In this document: positions 52,702 to 63,943 of the stretch, one piece after another
Numbering within the stretch: position 1 is the first letter of the stretch
How the letters are laid out: every line of letters begins with the position of its first letter
Assembly (NCBI RefSeq): GCF_000002075.1
Contig: NW_004798181.1
Location: 7,063 to 71,062 of the forward strand
Length of the DNA stretch: 64,000 bases
Direction of reading: 5' to 3'
From: Aplysia californica
Taxonomy: Eukaryota
Program-made: the position numbers and the translations under genes
Notes under the pieces: generated by a model
The model's input: the letters and a program-made list of their open reading frames with translations, nothing else
What the model was told of the DNA's origin: nothing
The model's database searches: none

Positions 52702-53742
52702 AAAGCAAGTTCATGCGCTGCAAGACCTCTGTTATTCCGAGTCTGCACAGATCGAACCCTGCAGGCCTAGTTATAGTTATAGTTATAGTTATAGTTATAG
52801 TTATAGTTATAGTTATAGTTTAGCCAGGTTTTATTACTAACACTTAGTACTTAGTAGAGAGAAAAAAAAAAAAAACACGGGTATTTAATTTATCACTGTT
52901 GTCCCCCAAGTTCTTGACTGTAAAAACAGAGACGTTATTGTAATACATTGTAAATCAAATGGGCTTATAATTATTATGACTATATATTATTATTCGGTGT
53001 GCTTTTCTTTACTCAAACTCGAACAAACAAACAGTGGGTGGTTGGATGGCGCGACTGGTGGTAGTGGTTTAAGGTCCTACTTCTTTGTCAATACTGGTAG
53101 GTCCTTCTTCTTAACCTCTTGTTTCTGTCTGTTTGATTTTTGATTTTCCCCAGCACTAGATGACCATTATTGATATTGTGTCGATGTGCCTCTCTGTACT
53201 AAAAAAACAAAACAAAACAAGAGACAAAAAAACCTTGCTGCTGTCCTTTGCTTTTGCCTTCACTTCACAAGGATCTGTTTCACAGTCTGCACTGTCTTCT
53301 CTTTCAAAGAAGAGACATATATATAAATAATAACAATAATAATAATGAATTAATAATACATGTAATAATATTATGTTTCAATTTCAAGACTCTTCCTTCT
53401 ACTTCTATATATATTTAATATATATATATATAATATATATATTAATTATAATGTATCTGGATACACCCGCCAGAACTACTGTGTGATTCAAGTGATTGGC
53501 TCTCTCACAGCAGTGCATGGTCAGCTCTTTAGACAACGAAAATCTTATTTTGACATGCATGATGTTTTTTGTTAGTTTTTAATTTTAAATTATAAATCTC
53601 AATAAATTTGACGTATCCCACAGATTACGAAATTAATTAATTTTGATCCTGGGACTTCAAAGTGCCGAACGAATTCTCTTTTTTTTTAAACTGCCAGAAC
53701 TGTTGTAGATCTATTGCATAACTTTCACATCCGGTTCTTCAT

Positions 53743-55980
53743 TAGTGGTGTGCGAGTAAGCGAAAAATCTTGGTCGAGTAATGATCGGTTAAATGCAAAA
53801 TTGTTCGGTTAACCGATGAAATTGACCGAAAAAATTTTCTCGACCAAGAAATCTAGATCGAGCAGGGGTCAAAAGTCATCGCAGCTGCGCTGTAAGCACG
53901 CATTTTTCAGCTGATGTCTGGATCTAAAAATAGCCTAGCTTTTGGTCTTCGTCGCTTCGCGCGGTATAAAAATAAGAGTCAAATATATCGAGAAGATGCG
54001 TGCAAAGTTAGTTAATTTGTTTAACATGTATTTTGATTGCTCCTTTCGGGAAAATTGAAGAATACTGGACCACTCGTATTATTGCGAGAGAATGGGGGTG
54101 GGGGGGGTGGGGGGTTCTAAGCTAGGCCTACCTGTGTGAGAGGGATTAAAAGTGGATAAAAACTGGGGAAAATCATGAATTCCTAAGGTTGTCGAGACAT
54201 AGATATAGGCAAAAGTTGTCCGAATCCGCTGGTCCGGTAGGCCTGTTCTTCAATCTTACCTCCTTTTTTTTGTTTCTTCGCTCAGTTTCCAGCCCAGATC
54301 GAGCATATTTTATTAATAGGTTAGGCTAATTCATTGTGCTGGTATTTATTAAATGTGTTTTTCAAGAAAAGTAAAGATCTAGGCACAGAAACAAAAATCA
54401 GCACAGTAATACAGAATAACAAGTTGCAGATCAAAGTGGAAGCGTTGAAATTAAGTAAAAAGAGGAAAGCATCCAAATTACTAAGATTGAGAATGTGAAC
54501 AAGTCTAGATCGGACGAAATATTCTGGCTTAAGAGGTCAGAATGAGAGCAGAGAGAAATGAAGAGGAACTGAAATAAAGACTTGGTTTGTATAGATGCCA
54601 GTGGGTCACTGGTTTGCATGATATAAATCAGCTGATCGGACAAAGTGAGAACAACAACAACACTAGATCTAGCCTACAGACGATGCGTTTCAAGGTCATG
54701 TAGGGCCAGACGTAGATCTAGTAAGCCTACGATTCTGCTGCTGGCATGTTGGAGGGGCCTGGGTTTACGGGTTTTAATACGTTTTTATATTGTTGTTGCT
54801 GTACTGTCAGTAAATCATTTAGAAAATGGTACCAAAGATGCTTTTGGAAGAGAGCGACCTAGCGCGAAAAGCTCGCGCATACGCTTATCAACGAAAAGAC
54901 CCTCATATTAAACCTGGCTAGATCTAAAAATAAAATGTTCCGTTATGAATATTGATAAGTTGACACACTTGTCTCGCTTTCGTGCTGGTGGCGCGAGACA
55001 TTTGCCAAGTTGTTGGTTTTCCAGGAGCACAGCCATTTCAATGTCTTTTACCCTCAGTGCAGTTAAAAAACCGCGACAGTCTAAAAATAAAGAGTGGCTG
55101 CTGGGTTTGACATTCAACAAGATTCCCAATTGTGTATCTGATAGTAAATATACTCTTGGGCAGCTATTTCCTAATTAGAATATACGACTTTATTCTATTT
55201 TGACTAATAATATGACTTTAAAATATGTTTGGCATTTGTTTGTCAGCAACAAGTAATTTTAGCGTTTGATTGCTGTTTGTTCGAACAAATTTCATCATTG
55301 CCAGTTTGAGGTTTACCCAGGAGCCAGGAGCACCATTATCCCAAAAGCCTAAACGAACACAAAACCGCGACCGTCAACAATTGAAAAGGATACTAGCTTT
55401 TGTACTGAATAATGAGCTCCCAGTTCTACTATTATATTAAAAATATATCTTACAGAATTATAACTGTTATTTCACTCTTTTTAAAGCTAGAAGTTTGCCG
55501 TATCTAAAAATGAGGCAAAGATAAATATTACGTTTCGCGTTTGTTTGATAGTGACAATCAGTTTTGGCGTTTGATTGATGTTTGTTCGAGTAAGTTTCAT
55601 ATATCTGATTGCCTGTTTGAGTGTTACCCAGGAGCACCATCCTCGGGAAAGCCTAAATGGCGAACACAAAAACACAACCGTCAAAAACTGAAAATGATAC
55701 AGGTTTTTATACTGGATAATTAAAACAGATTCTACTATCATGATAAACATACATTTTATGAAATCGTAAATGCTTATTGCATTTTGTTAAAAGTTTGAAG
55801 TTTGCTGGTTTTCAAAACGATGCAATGACAAAATATGGGTTTCGCGTTTGTTTGATAGCGACAATTAATTTTGGCGTTTGATTGATGTCTTGCTCGGTCA
55901 AGAAACCATTTTGGTCGGTTTACTCGACCAAGAATCTTGCTCGGTTAATCGAAAAATTTGATCGATCAATTGCACCACTA
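53743..55980. mobile_element. Non-autonomous hAT element (2238 bp) in the 5' region of ZF gene C
   Basis: Termini TAGTGGTG...CACCACTA, perfect 8-bp TSD ttcttcat, subterminal cttggtcgagtaa/ctcgaccaag repeats and internal ~300-bp tandem units (55230-55890). Absent from the paralogous B region. Confidence 0.88.
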
Positions 55981-56523
55981 TTCTTCATTCTTCGTTAAAT
56001 TAGCCTAGGTTCTAGCCTTATCTTCAATCTTGAATCTTCATCACTTATCATACCATTGCCAGAGATGGCCATTCGCCAGAGCCGACAAAAGCCGTTCCTC
56101 CTGCAATTTTGACTTTGAAGTTGCTTTTTAACATCAACATAGATCTAGTTTATTTTTTTTAGCTCCTGATCAATTGCGGGTAAATTTTTACTTTCAGTCC
56201 CGCACACAGTTGTACTGCTTCTTCGTCGGGGGTCAAATTCTTTAGCCTATGTTGTGATCTTCAGGACTTCAGGCCTAATAGAAGTCAAGTTAGATTTTAG
56301 TGCACTCTGGTACTGGTAGATCTAGTAGTAGATCTAGATCTAGATCTAGATATCTAGAATCTAGATCTCTATAACTCGGAGGACAGAACCAAGACCAAGT
56401 TTGGAACAAATTTTTTAGTCTCTTCTTTTATTATTAGGCCTATCATAGAGGCTATGTTGAAACAGAAAGAAGAGGGAACAGACATGATTGTTTTCCTCGG
56501 GACGTATTAACCACGACAGTCTT

Positions 56524-57265
56524 ATGATGGAAAAAGAACTGTCATGTTGTGAACTTTTCTGTGTACCGGATATAGATAAAGACATAAAGCCTGATGTTTC
56601 TCTGGTTGTAAAAAGTCTTAAAAGTGAACCTGGGCTCGGTTCATCTACATCTAGGTCTCTTTGTAGCAGTGATAGGACTGATAGAGATGTAAAACCTGAC
56701 ATTGAGAATGTGAAGACTGTGGTAAACGAAGAGTGTGGTTCTAATTCTGTGCTTGATCTGGGAGAGGAAAAACCAGCTGCTGTTGTTGATAGTAGAAGTT
56801 TTGATGGAAAAGTAATGCATAATTTTGAAGTACCAAGCAATGCAACTGATGATGTCCGACAGACTGTTGAAAACAAATGTATTGACATTGAAATTAAAAA
56901 TGAGCCTTTGCTTTTGTTTCCCGAAGAAGACATAAAAACTAAAATGAGTCCGAAAAGTGCTGATGATGTAGATCTAGAAGACGAACCGCAGTTTCCTGAT
57001 CATAGTCTGGAATTGAAATCAGAAATAGAGAATTATTATGTGAAGCAGGAAGTGTTGGAACAGGAGTGTGGATCAATGTTGGATCGTTCCAGTGAGGCTG
57101 GGGGAATACAACTGCAAATCTGTGATGTGAGGAGTTTGTGTGTGGAGCAGAGTTCAAACCCAGACACTGATGCTGTTGTGTCCACGGTCAGCGGCTCTAC
57201 TTCTGATGATCCAGCTCTTTTGAAGACCGGCATCGCAAATGCTCAATGGGGCATTGAGGATCAAG
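56524..57265 (+). CDS. ZF gene C, acidic N-terminal exon (ancestral ATG at 56454 now out of frame; first in-frame ATG 56524)
   Basis: Highly similar to the B exon; donor GATCAAG|gtaaaa, phase 1. Confidence 0.75.
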
Positions 57266-57395
57266 GTAAAAAAAAATGTTATATTTATCGAAGTGTTATA
57301 CAGACCCGGTAACCGGGAACAAAGTCACGAAGTATACAGACCCGGTAGGGGAAATCTTTTGTGATTTTGGAAAGTTTCAGCGCCCAGTCCCGGAA

Positions 57396-57431
<36 letters not shown>

Positions 57432-57998
57432 AGGGGGGTGGGGGTAGAGAACACGAGGGGGAAGAGCCGGGAATATATCAGGATGCTTGAGGGCAAAATT
57501 GGGATGATGAGTGTTAGGTCTGGGAAAGGTGTAGGGAAGGAACACTATCAACGCAGATCCTGAAACTCACGATTGGAAAAGAAAAAAAAGGCATGGGTTT
57601 GTGCCATGATGATTGGTCATCAATGTTAACCTCTCTTTGCTCACCATCGGTCTATAAACCCTTCCAATCCAAGGGTCAAGTCAGTTTAAAGGAGAGACCA
57701 TCTTACTGATTATGGGCTTCAAGACGGGTCACAGTGGATTCTCCCCTTAGTGCTTTGCCTAAGATCCCATTCACCTAAGATCCTGTGTTTTCCTTACTCC
57801 CAATCAGCACGGGGATATTAGACAGAGACCACTGTACTGTAATATCTAAATTTAGAGACAGGTGGAAAGTGTTTGTTCGTCCCCTATACCCTGATGCAAG
57901 GTGAGAAAGGCATTGATGATGGTACTGAATAAAAACCTATAAGTATTTAAAAACAAGGAAAGGTAGATAACGTGCATATTATTTGTGTCTTTTTTCAG

Positions 57999-59269
57999 GT
58001 GGGATTCCTGACAAGCGCGCACCCTCCACACACCCAGCGACACAGCCATACCTTATGGGGAAGGATACTTTTGGGACAGGTCAAATGATGATTGATCAAA
58101 TAGAAGTTGACTGTGTCTTGGAAGAAACTACATCTTTTATCCATGACCCAGACAAGAAAGTCTTTCATCCCCACATTAGCAGAGAGTATGATAAGGACAT
58201 ATCATGCAGCAAAAGTGCAGTAAATGGTAGTTGTGGCCTGAAGCAGAGAGGTTGCACTTCTGAAATAACGACGACAGTGGCAAATAATACCAATGTTATG
58301 GACCTTTCTTGCGCTCCTTCTTCTAGTGTTACAGCTCCTCAGCTGCCCACAGAGACCCATACTGGACTAGACAGCGCCACTCCACCTGTTGGACTCAAGT
58401 TTATGACTTTTAGAAGAACTAGAGCTGGAGAAAAACCGTACAAATGTGAAGTTTATGTTTTACGGTTTGGAAATAGAGGCCAGCTAAATTCTCACAAGAG
58501 AACACACACAGGAGAAAAGCCTTACAAATGTGAAGTTTGTGCTGCAGCATTTGCAAGAAGTTCCGGCCTGAAACAACACAAAAGAAGACATACTGGAGAA
58601 AAGCCTTACAAGTGTGAAGTTTGTGATTTACAATTTGCACAGTGTGGCAGCTTAAAGATTCACAAAAGAACACACACAGGAGAAAAGCCTTACAAGTGTG
58701 AAGTTTGTGATTTACAATTTGCACAGTGTGGCAGCTTAAAGAGCCACAAAAGAACACACACAGGAGAAAAGCCTTACAAGTGTGAAGTTTGTGGTTTAAG
58801 GTTTGGGAATGGTAGCGCCCTGAACCGACACAAAAAAACGCACACTGGAGAAAAACCTTACATGTGCGACGTTTGTGCTGCAGCATTTGCAAGTAGTTCC
58901 GGCCTGAAACAACACAAAAGAAGACATACTGGAGAAAAGCCTTACATATGTGAAGTTTGTGGTTTAGGGTTTGCATGTAGTAGCGGCCTATGGAATCACC
59001 AAAAAGTACACACCGGAGAAAAGCCTCACAAATGTGAAGTTTGTGGTTCAGGGTTTGCCTTTCGTAATGACCTGAAACGACACCAAAGAAAACACACTGG
59101 AGAAAAACCTTACAAGTGTGAAGTTTGTGGTTTGTTATATGCCGACAGGAAAGGGCTAAAGATTCACAAAAGAACACATTCAGGAGAAAAGCCCTACAAA
59201 TGTAAAGTTTGCGATAAAGGGTTTGCACACAATAAGACTTTAAAACATCATGAAAAAACACACACATGA
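57999..59269 (+). CDS. ZF gene C, finger-array exon: spacer + 1 broken (CEVY) and 9 intact C2H2 fingers (spliced product ~670 aa)
   Basis: Acceptor tctttttttcag|GT; ORF 57983..59269; ends at a TGA inside a linker. Confidence 0.85.
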
Positions 59270-60950
59270 AACACGCATTATAAGTGTGATGAAGTCTGTG
59301 GAAGTGTGTTCGTGCAGATAAGTAATCTAGAGGACCATAAAAGAACACACATAGTAAGGACAGGAGAAAACCCGTACAAGTGTGAAATCTGTGGAATTGT
59401 GTTCTTGCATGTGAGTAGTGTAAAAATTCACCCAAAAATGCACACTGGAGAGAAGCCTTACAGATGTGAAGTTTGTGGTGCAGGCTTTGTGAACAGTGTT
59501 CAGCTAAAGACTCACCGAGGAATACACGCTGGAGTGAAGCCCTGCAAGTGTGACGTTTGCGGTGCAGGATTTGCAAATGGTGACGACCTGAAGCAACACA
59601 AAAGTAGACACGATGGAGAAAAATGTTACAAGTGTGAAATCTGTGAAACTTCGTTCTCGCGGAAGAGCAATCTGCAGATTCACAGAAGAATACACACTAG
59701 AGAAAAGCCTAATAAGTGTGACGACTGTGACGTAAGGTTTGCAATATGTTAACACCCTGAAGCTACACAAAAGAACGCTCACAGGAGAAAAGCCTTACAA
59801 GTGTGAAATGTGTGGAATTATGTTCTCTCACTTGGATACTCTGAAGTCTCACCAAAGAACACACACAGGAAAAAAGCCTTACAAGTGTGAAATCTATGGA
59901 CTTGGGTTCTCACAAACGGCTAGTCTAAAGGCTCACCAAAGAATACACTCTGGAGAAAAGCCTTACAACAACAAGTGTGAAGTTTGTGGTGCAGGGTTTG
60001 CAAACAGTAGTCAGCTAAAGATTCACAGAAGAACGCACATACGGGGAAAAAACATAATAAAAGTGAAGTTTGTGGTGCCTGTGTATGTAATAAAAACACA
60101 AAGCGACACAAAAGAAGACAGTAAGGTGGAGAACGGTTCATCTGAGATGTCTGCGGTGTAAGTGTGTGCAGTCAGTGGCAGCCTGTTTGAACATCGACAA
60201 TTGTATGCAAGAGAAAATCTCTGTCTATTTTCTAGGCAAGATCTTAGAAAGTGGCAGAAGATTACATATGGCGTAAAGTTAGTAAGAAAAAGTTTTACGC
60301 ATATGTGAAGCGTGCTGACAAAATGAGTTACTTCTCGGATTCAGGCCTTCAGGAAATAGATACATCACACTTATAGGTGAAGTTTTTACAATTTATAAGT
60401 ATGAAATAAAAGGTATGTTATACTTAAAGAATATGGCATCAATAGAAAATCTACAAATTTGACCCCAGTGTCAATTTCTGGCCAATATCTCCATTTGTGG
60501 ACTGCGAGAAGTAACTCATTTTGTCAGCACGCCTCACATATGAAGTTTGTGGTAGGCTACAAGGTTCATAGAGGACAACATGACAAATGATATTATTATT
60601 ATTATTACTATCATTTTTATTATAATTATTATTTTTAGTGTGAAATTCAAGATCGCAAATAGAAAGTCGCAGAAGATCACATGTTTAGTAAGAAAAACCT
60701 TTACGCGTGTGAAGTTTGTGGAGCAAGGTTCGTAGAGGACAATATTATATCGTATATATCTATATCTATATTATAATTATAATTTTTGTTTTTAGTATGA
60801 GATTCAAGATCGTTAGAAAAAGGCATTACTATTATTATTGTAAGAAAAACCTTTACGTATGTTGAATCGTGAAGTTTGCAGTGCAAGGTTCGCAAAGGAC
60901 AGCAGCCTTCAGAGTCTCAAAAGAGCAAGCGACTGGAGAAAAACCTAAGA
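59270..60950 (+). pseudogene. About 9 partly intact fingers plus further relics beyond the gene C stop
   Basis: ORF 59306..59752 is in frame with the CDS. A frameshift near 59745 leads into 59739..60161. Increasingly decayed tgtgaagtttgtgg units continue to ~60950. Confidence 0.85.
60305..60537 (-). mobile_element. Sola1-like MITE copy 3, inserted into a relic finger
   Basis: TSD atat; reverse orientation relative to the 9868 copy. Confidence 0.8.
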
Positions 60951-60982
60951 ACACAAATGGGACTTGTCAAACTTATGTTTAA

Positions 60983-61906
60983 CTCACTTCAGACGGGTCA
61001 CACAACAGTTGCGTGACCCCCGCCATGACGCTCGCGTCGGGTCTCACAAGCCCTGCGTGACCAACTTTGGAATTTTTTTTTAGCTCTACAAATCACGCAC
61101 GGATCGCGAGACCCGCCTCGTACCCTTGTTTGGCCAAGCCTGAGCTACTTAGACTTCGTTTCGTATCTCTGGGGCTGGTAGTTTTTAAGTTATTGAAGGT
61201 GAAGGACAGTGACCCAGACTGGGGTTGAACAGACCGGAACTCGCGCTTTGTTTTTTTCTATACAGCTCATAGTAATCCGACAGTCGCGTCGTAGTAACGG
61301 TCGAAGAAGTCGCATGAACAAGAATCACATAATTTCGCCGTTTTCTATACTTCTGTGCGTTTTACTAGTTCTAGTGTCTCAGAATATGATGTGTCTAATA
61401 GTTAGGATCCTGGATAAGTACCCGAACACGGCCCGAGTCGTAGTTCTAGGGCTAGATCTAGCACTAGTACCGGTGTTGTTTTTCGCGCAACGAAATCACA
61501 ACGTCGTGCCGTACATCTGTCTCATGTAATTCAGTGTATGGGTCTGAATCAATGCACAGACCAGCTTTTATATTTTCACCAAACACTTGCACATGTATAC
61601 AAATCAAACCAGAACACTTTGAACTTTTATTTTTGTTGTTGCAGTGAATTTCATTCTACTTGTCACGTCTCTGGAAATTTTTCGAAAATCAAATTCATGC
61701 CAATTTTTAAAAAATCATACAAATTAAAGTATTAGACTTAGACAACTTTAGTTTTTTGTATTAGATTAAGCTTGAATGTTACTTTACTATGTCAAAAAAT
61801 GATTACAATAGGGTAATTCTGAGAGTTGTGGTGATTTATTGAAATACCCCCCAAAACGCCAGTCTTCAACGCTTGTGGCTGGTGAAAGGGCCCAGTCGCA
61901 AGTGAG
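60983..61906. mobile_element. TTAA-specific (piggyBac-like) non-autonomous element
   Basis: TTAA-CTCACTTCAGACGGGTC...GGCCCAGTCGCAAGTGAG-TTAA. The empty site tgtTTAAtaagact is seen in the paralogous tail at ~38772. Confidence 0.75.
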
Positions 61907-62874
61907 TTAATGAGACTGCTAATACCCAATGACAGAGACGTTAAAAGTCAAGGACGAGGTGACTAAAGATTTCTTCATGTGAATGTTGTTAGTTACGGCT
62001 TGTTTGCTAGTGCTTAGAGGGAGTGATTGACAGATCCTATTTTTTCTTTAGGCCCGAGAAGTCTGTTGCAGTCATTCTCCTGGCTGGGTGACCAGATGGG
62101 GTATTTTGTACTGCTGGCTGTGTGACTTCAAAGTGTTAAGAGGCACCTGAAATTTGGTGTGTAGGTTCGAATTGGGGTGAAACAAGGCAGAAAGAAGAAT
62201 GTTTCTCTTCAGGTCATCCTGATGGGGGTGTCAGATTGTCCAGTACACTGGACGCCATGCATTCGAGGAGCACTTCAAGGGGGAAAATGTACAAAAAGGT
62301 ACTGCTAGTCATACAGAGATGTACTAACTTAGAGATAACACCTTACTTCAGCAGGATAAAATGAACAGAAATAGTATCCTTTTTTTAAAAGTAGTAATTA
62401 TTACCCTTTATTACAGTTGTTTGGCATCGAAAGAAAATACAGTAAGCCCCTACCAAATATTCAATGAGGTTTTTTTTCTTTTTCTTTTGCCAAAACAGCC
62501 AAACATTACACTCTATACTCTAATCTAACTGTCAACATTAGCTCTGTGAAAAGTTACTAATGTTTTATTTTTCTCTCTATGTTGTGTTTTAATTTGCTGG
62601 TGTGTTATTTTCTTTTCTCGTTATTTTTTTGATGTGTTGTCTATTTTTGTGTGTTTATTGCAATGTCAATATCATTTAATTTGATGTTATTCCTTCCTTT
62701 AAAAAAAAATGCCTTATGTGACAGCGTGTCTCCACCAAAACTGAATACATATTCATGTACAATGTAGTGACACTGGCAGGCCCCTTGTGTGTGATTCTAT
62801 AATTTACATGTAATATCCTGTACTTTTTCTTGAATAATACACATTTAGGGTTAAAATTAAAACAGCCACTTCTC

Positions 62875-63943
62875 GGGTAGGTGGACACATGCCCTTATTA
62901 GTTGGTTTTTGTGGTTATTTATGTTCTGTTCTAGTTTTCATTTCATTCTGTTCTGAAATCTTTATTTTTCACGTTTTTACACTCTGTGTGGCTACAATTA
63001 ATGATCTTCTGGATGCTTGTAACAGAACACAAAAAATTCTGGTGCTTTAGATTAAGTTACCTCTATCAACATATTTCTAATCTATATTTGTCGTCATAGA
63101 GAGTTGAAAGTTTGAAAATGATTGGCTACTTTTATGGCAACTTTTGGACAATATAATGGAAACAAACACAGATGCTAGCCCTGTAAAGTGCGGTAGCCAA
63201 GCATTCACACACATTTCAAGGATGTGAAAAACGATTCTCCTGTGCCATTTCCTCCTTTTTTTTGGTTGTTCCTCAAGTTCCTGTAGAAGTAAGGAATGCT
63301 ACATGTCACACTTGTCAACCCCATCATGTAGTTGGCATTGGTTGCTCAGAAGTAGTTGGCATTGGTTGCTCAGAAGTAGTTGGCGTTGGTTGCTCAGAAG
63401 TAGTTGGCGTTGGTTGCTCAGAGGCAGTTGGCGTTGGTTGCTCACTCAGAGGCAGTTGGCGGTGGTTGCTCACTCAGAGGCAGTTGGCGGTGGTTGCTCA
63501 CTCAGAGGCAGTTGGCGTTGGTTGCTCACTCAGAGGCAGTTGGCGTTGGTTGCTCAGAAGTAGTTGGCGTTGGTTGCTCAGAAGTAGTTGGCGTTGGTTG
63601 CTCAGAGGCAGTTGGCGTTGGTTGCTCAGAAGTAGTTGGCGTTGGTTGCTCAGAAGTAGTTGGCGTTGGTATCTCAGAAGTAGTTGGCGTTGGTATCTCA
63701 GAGGCAGTTGGCGTTGGTATCTCAGAAGTAGTTGGCGTTGGTTGCTCAGAAGTAGTTGGCATTGCTTCCTGTGGGTTGGGCCTGTCGTCAGTAACCATTG
63801 CAGGCATGAAATCTGCATCAGTGAACCGTGAGGGTTCGTTAAGTGGCCAGACTCCAGTCACCCTGAAACGTGACTGAATGTTCTGTGGTGATGCAGCCTG
63901 AATCCATGCCCTACCAATCAGTGGCGCCATGTCGTAAATTGTG
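62875..63943 (-). mobile_element. Decayed pogo/Fot1-like DDE transposase C-terminal part, containing a 24-bp tandem repeat (63328-63765)
   Basis: IYDMAPLIGRAWIQAASPQNIQSRFRVTGVWPLN...FTDADFMPAMVTD matches the A...NI.SGF..TGIWP.N...F.D.DF.P..VTD motif. It is followed by (TTSEQPTP)n. The left boundary is approximate. Confidence 0.7.

Noticed and set aside
59267-59269. Selenocysteine or programmed readthrough at the gene C TGA
   Set aside because: The codon replaces a linker Gly, the context is not TGA-C, I see no SECIS, and the downstream fingers already carry damaging changes.
58419-59576. 385-aa antisense ORF (also 45111..45665 and 28987..29322)
   Set aside because: These are shadows of the repetitive zinc-finger codons on the opposite strand, with no independent coding signal.
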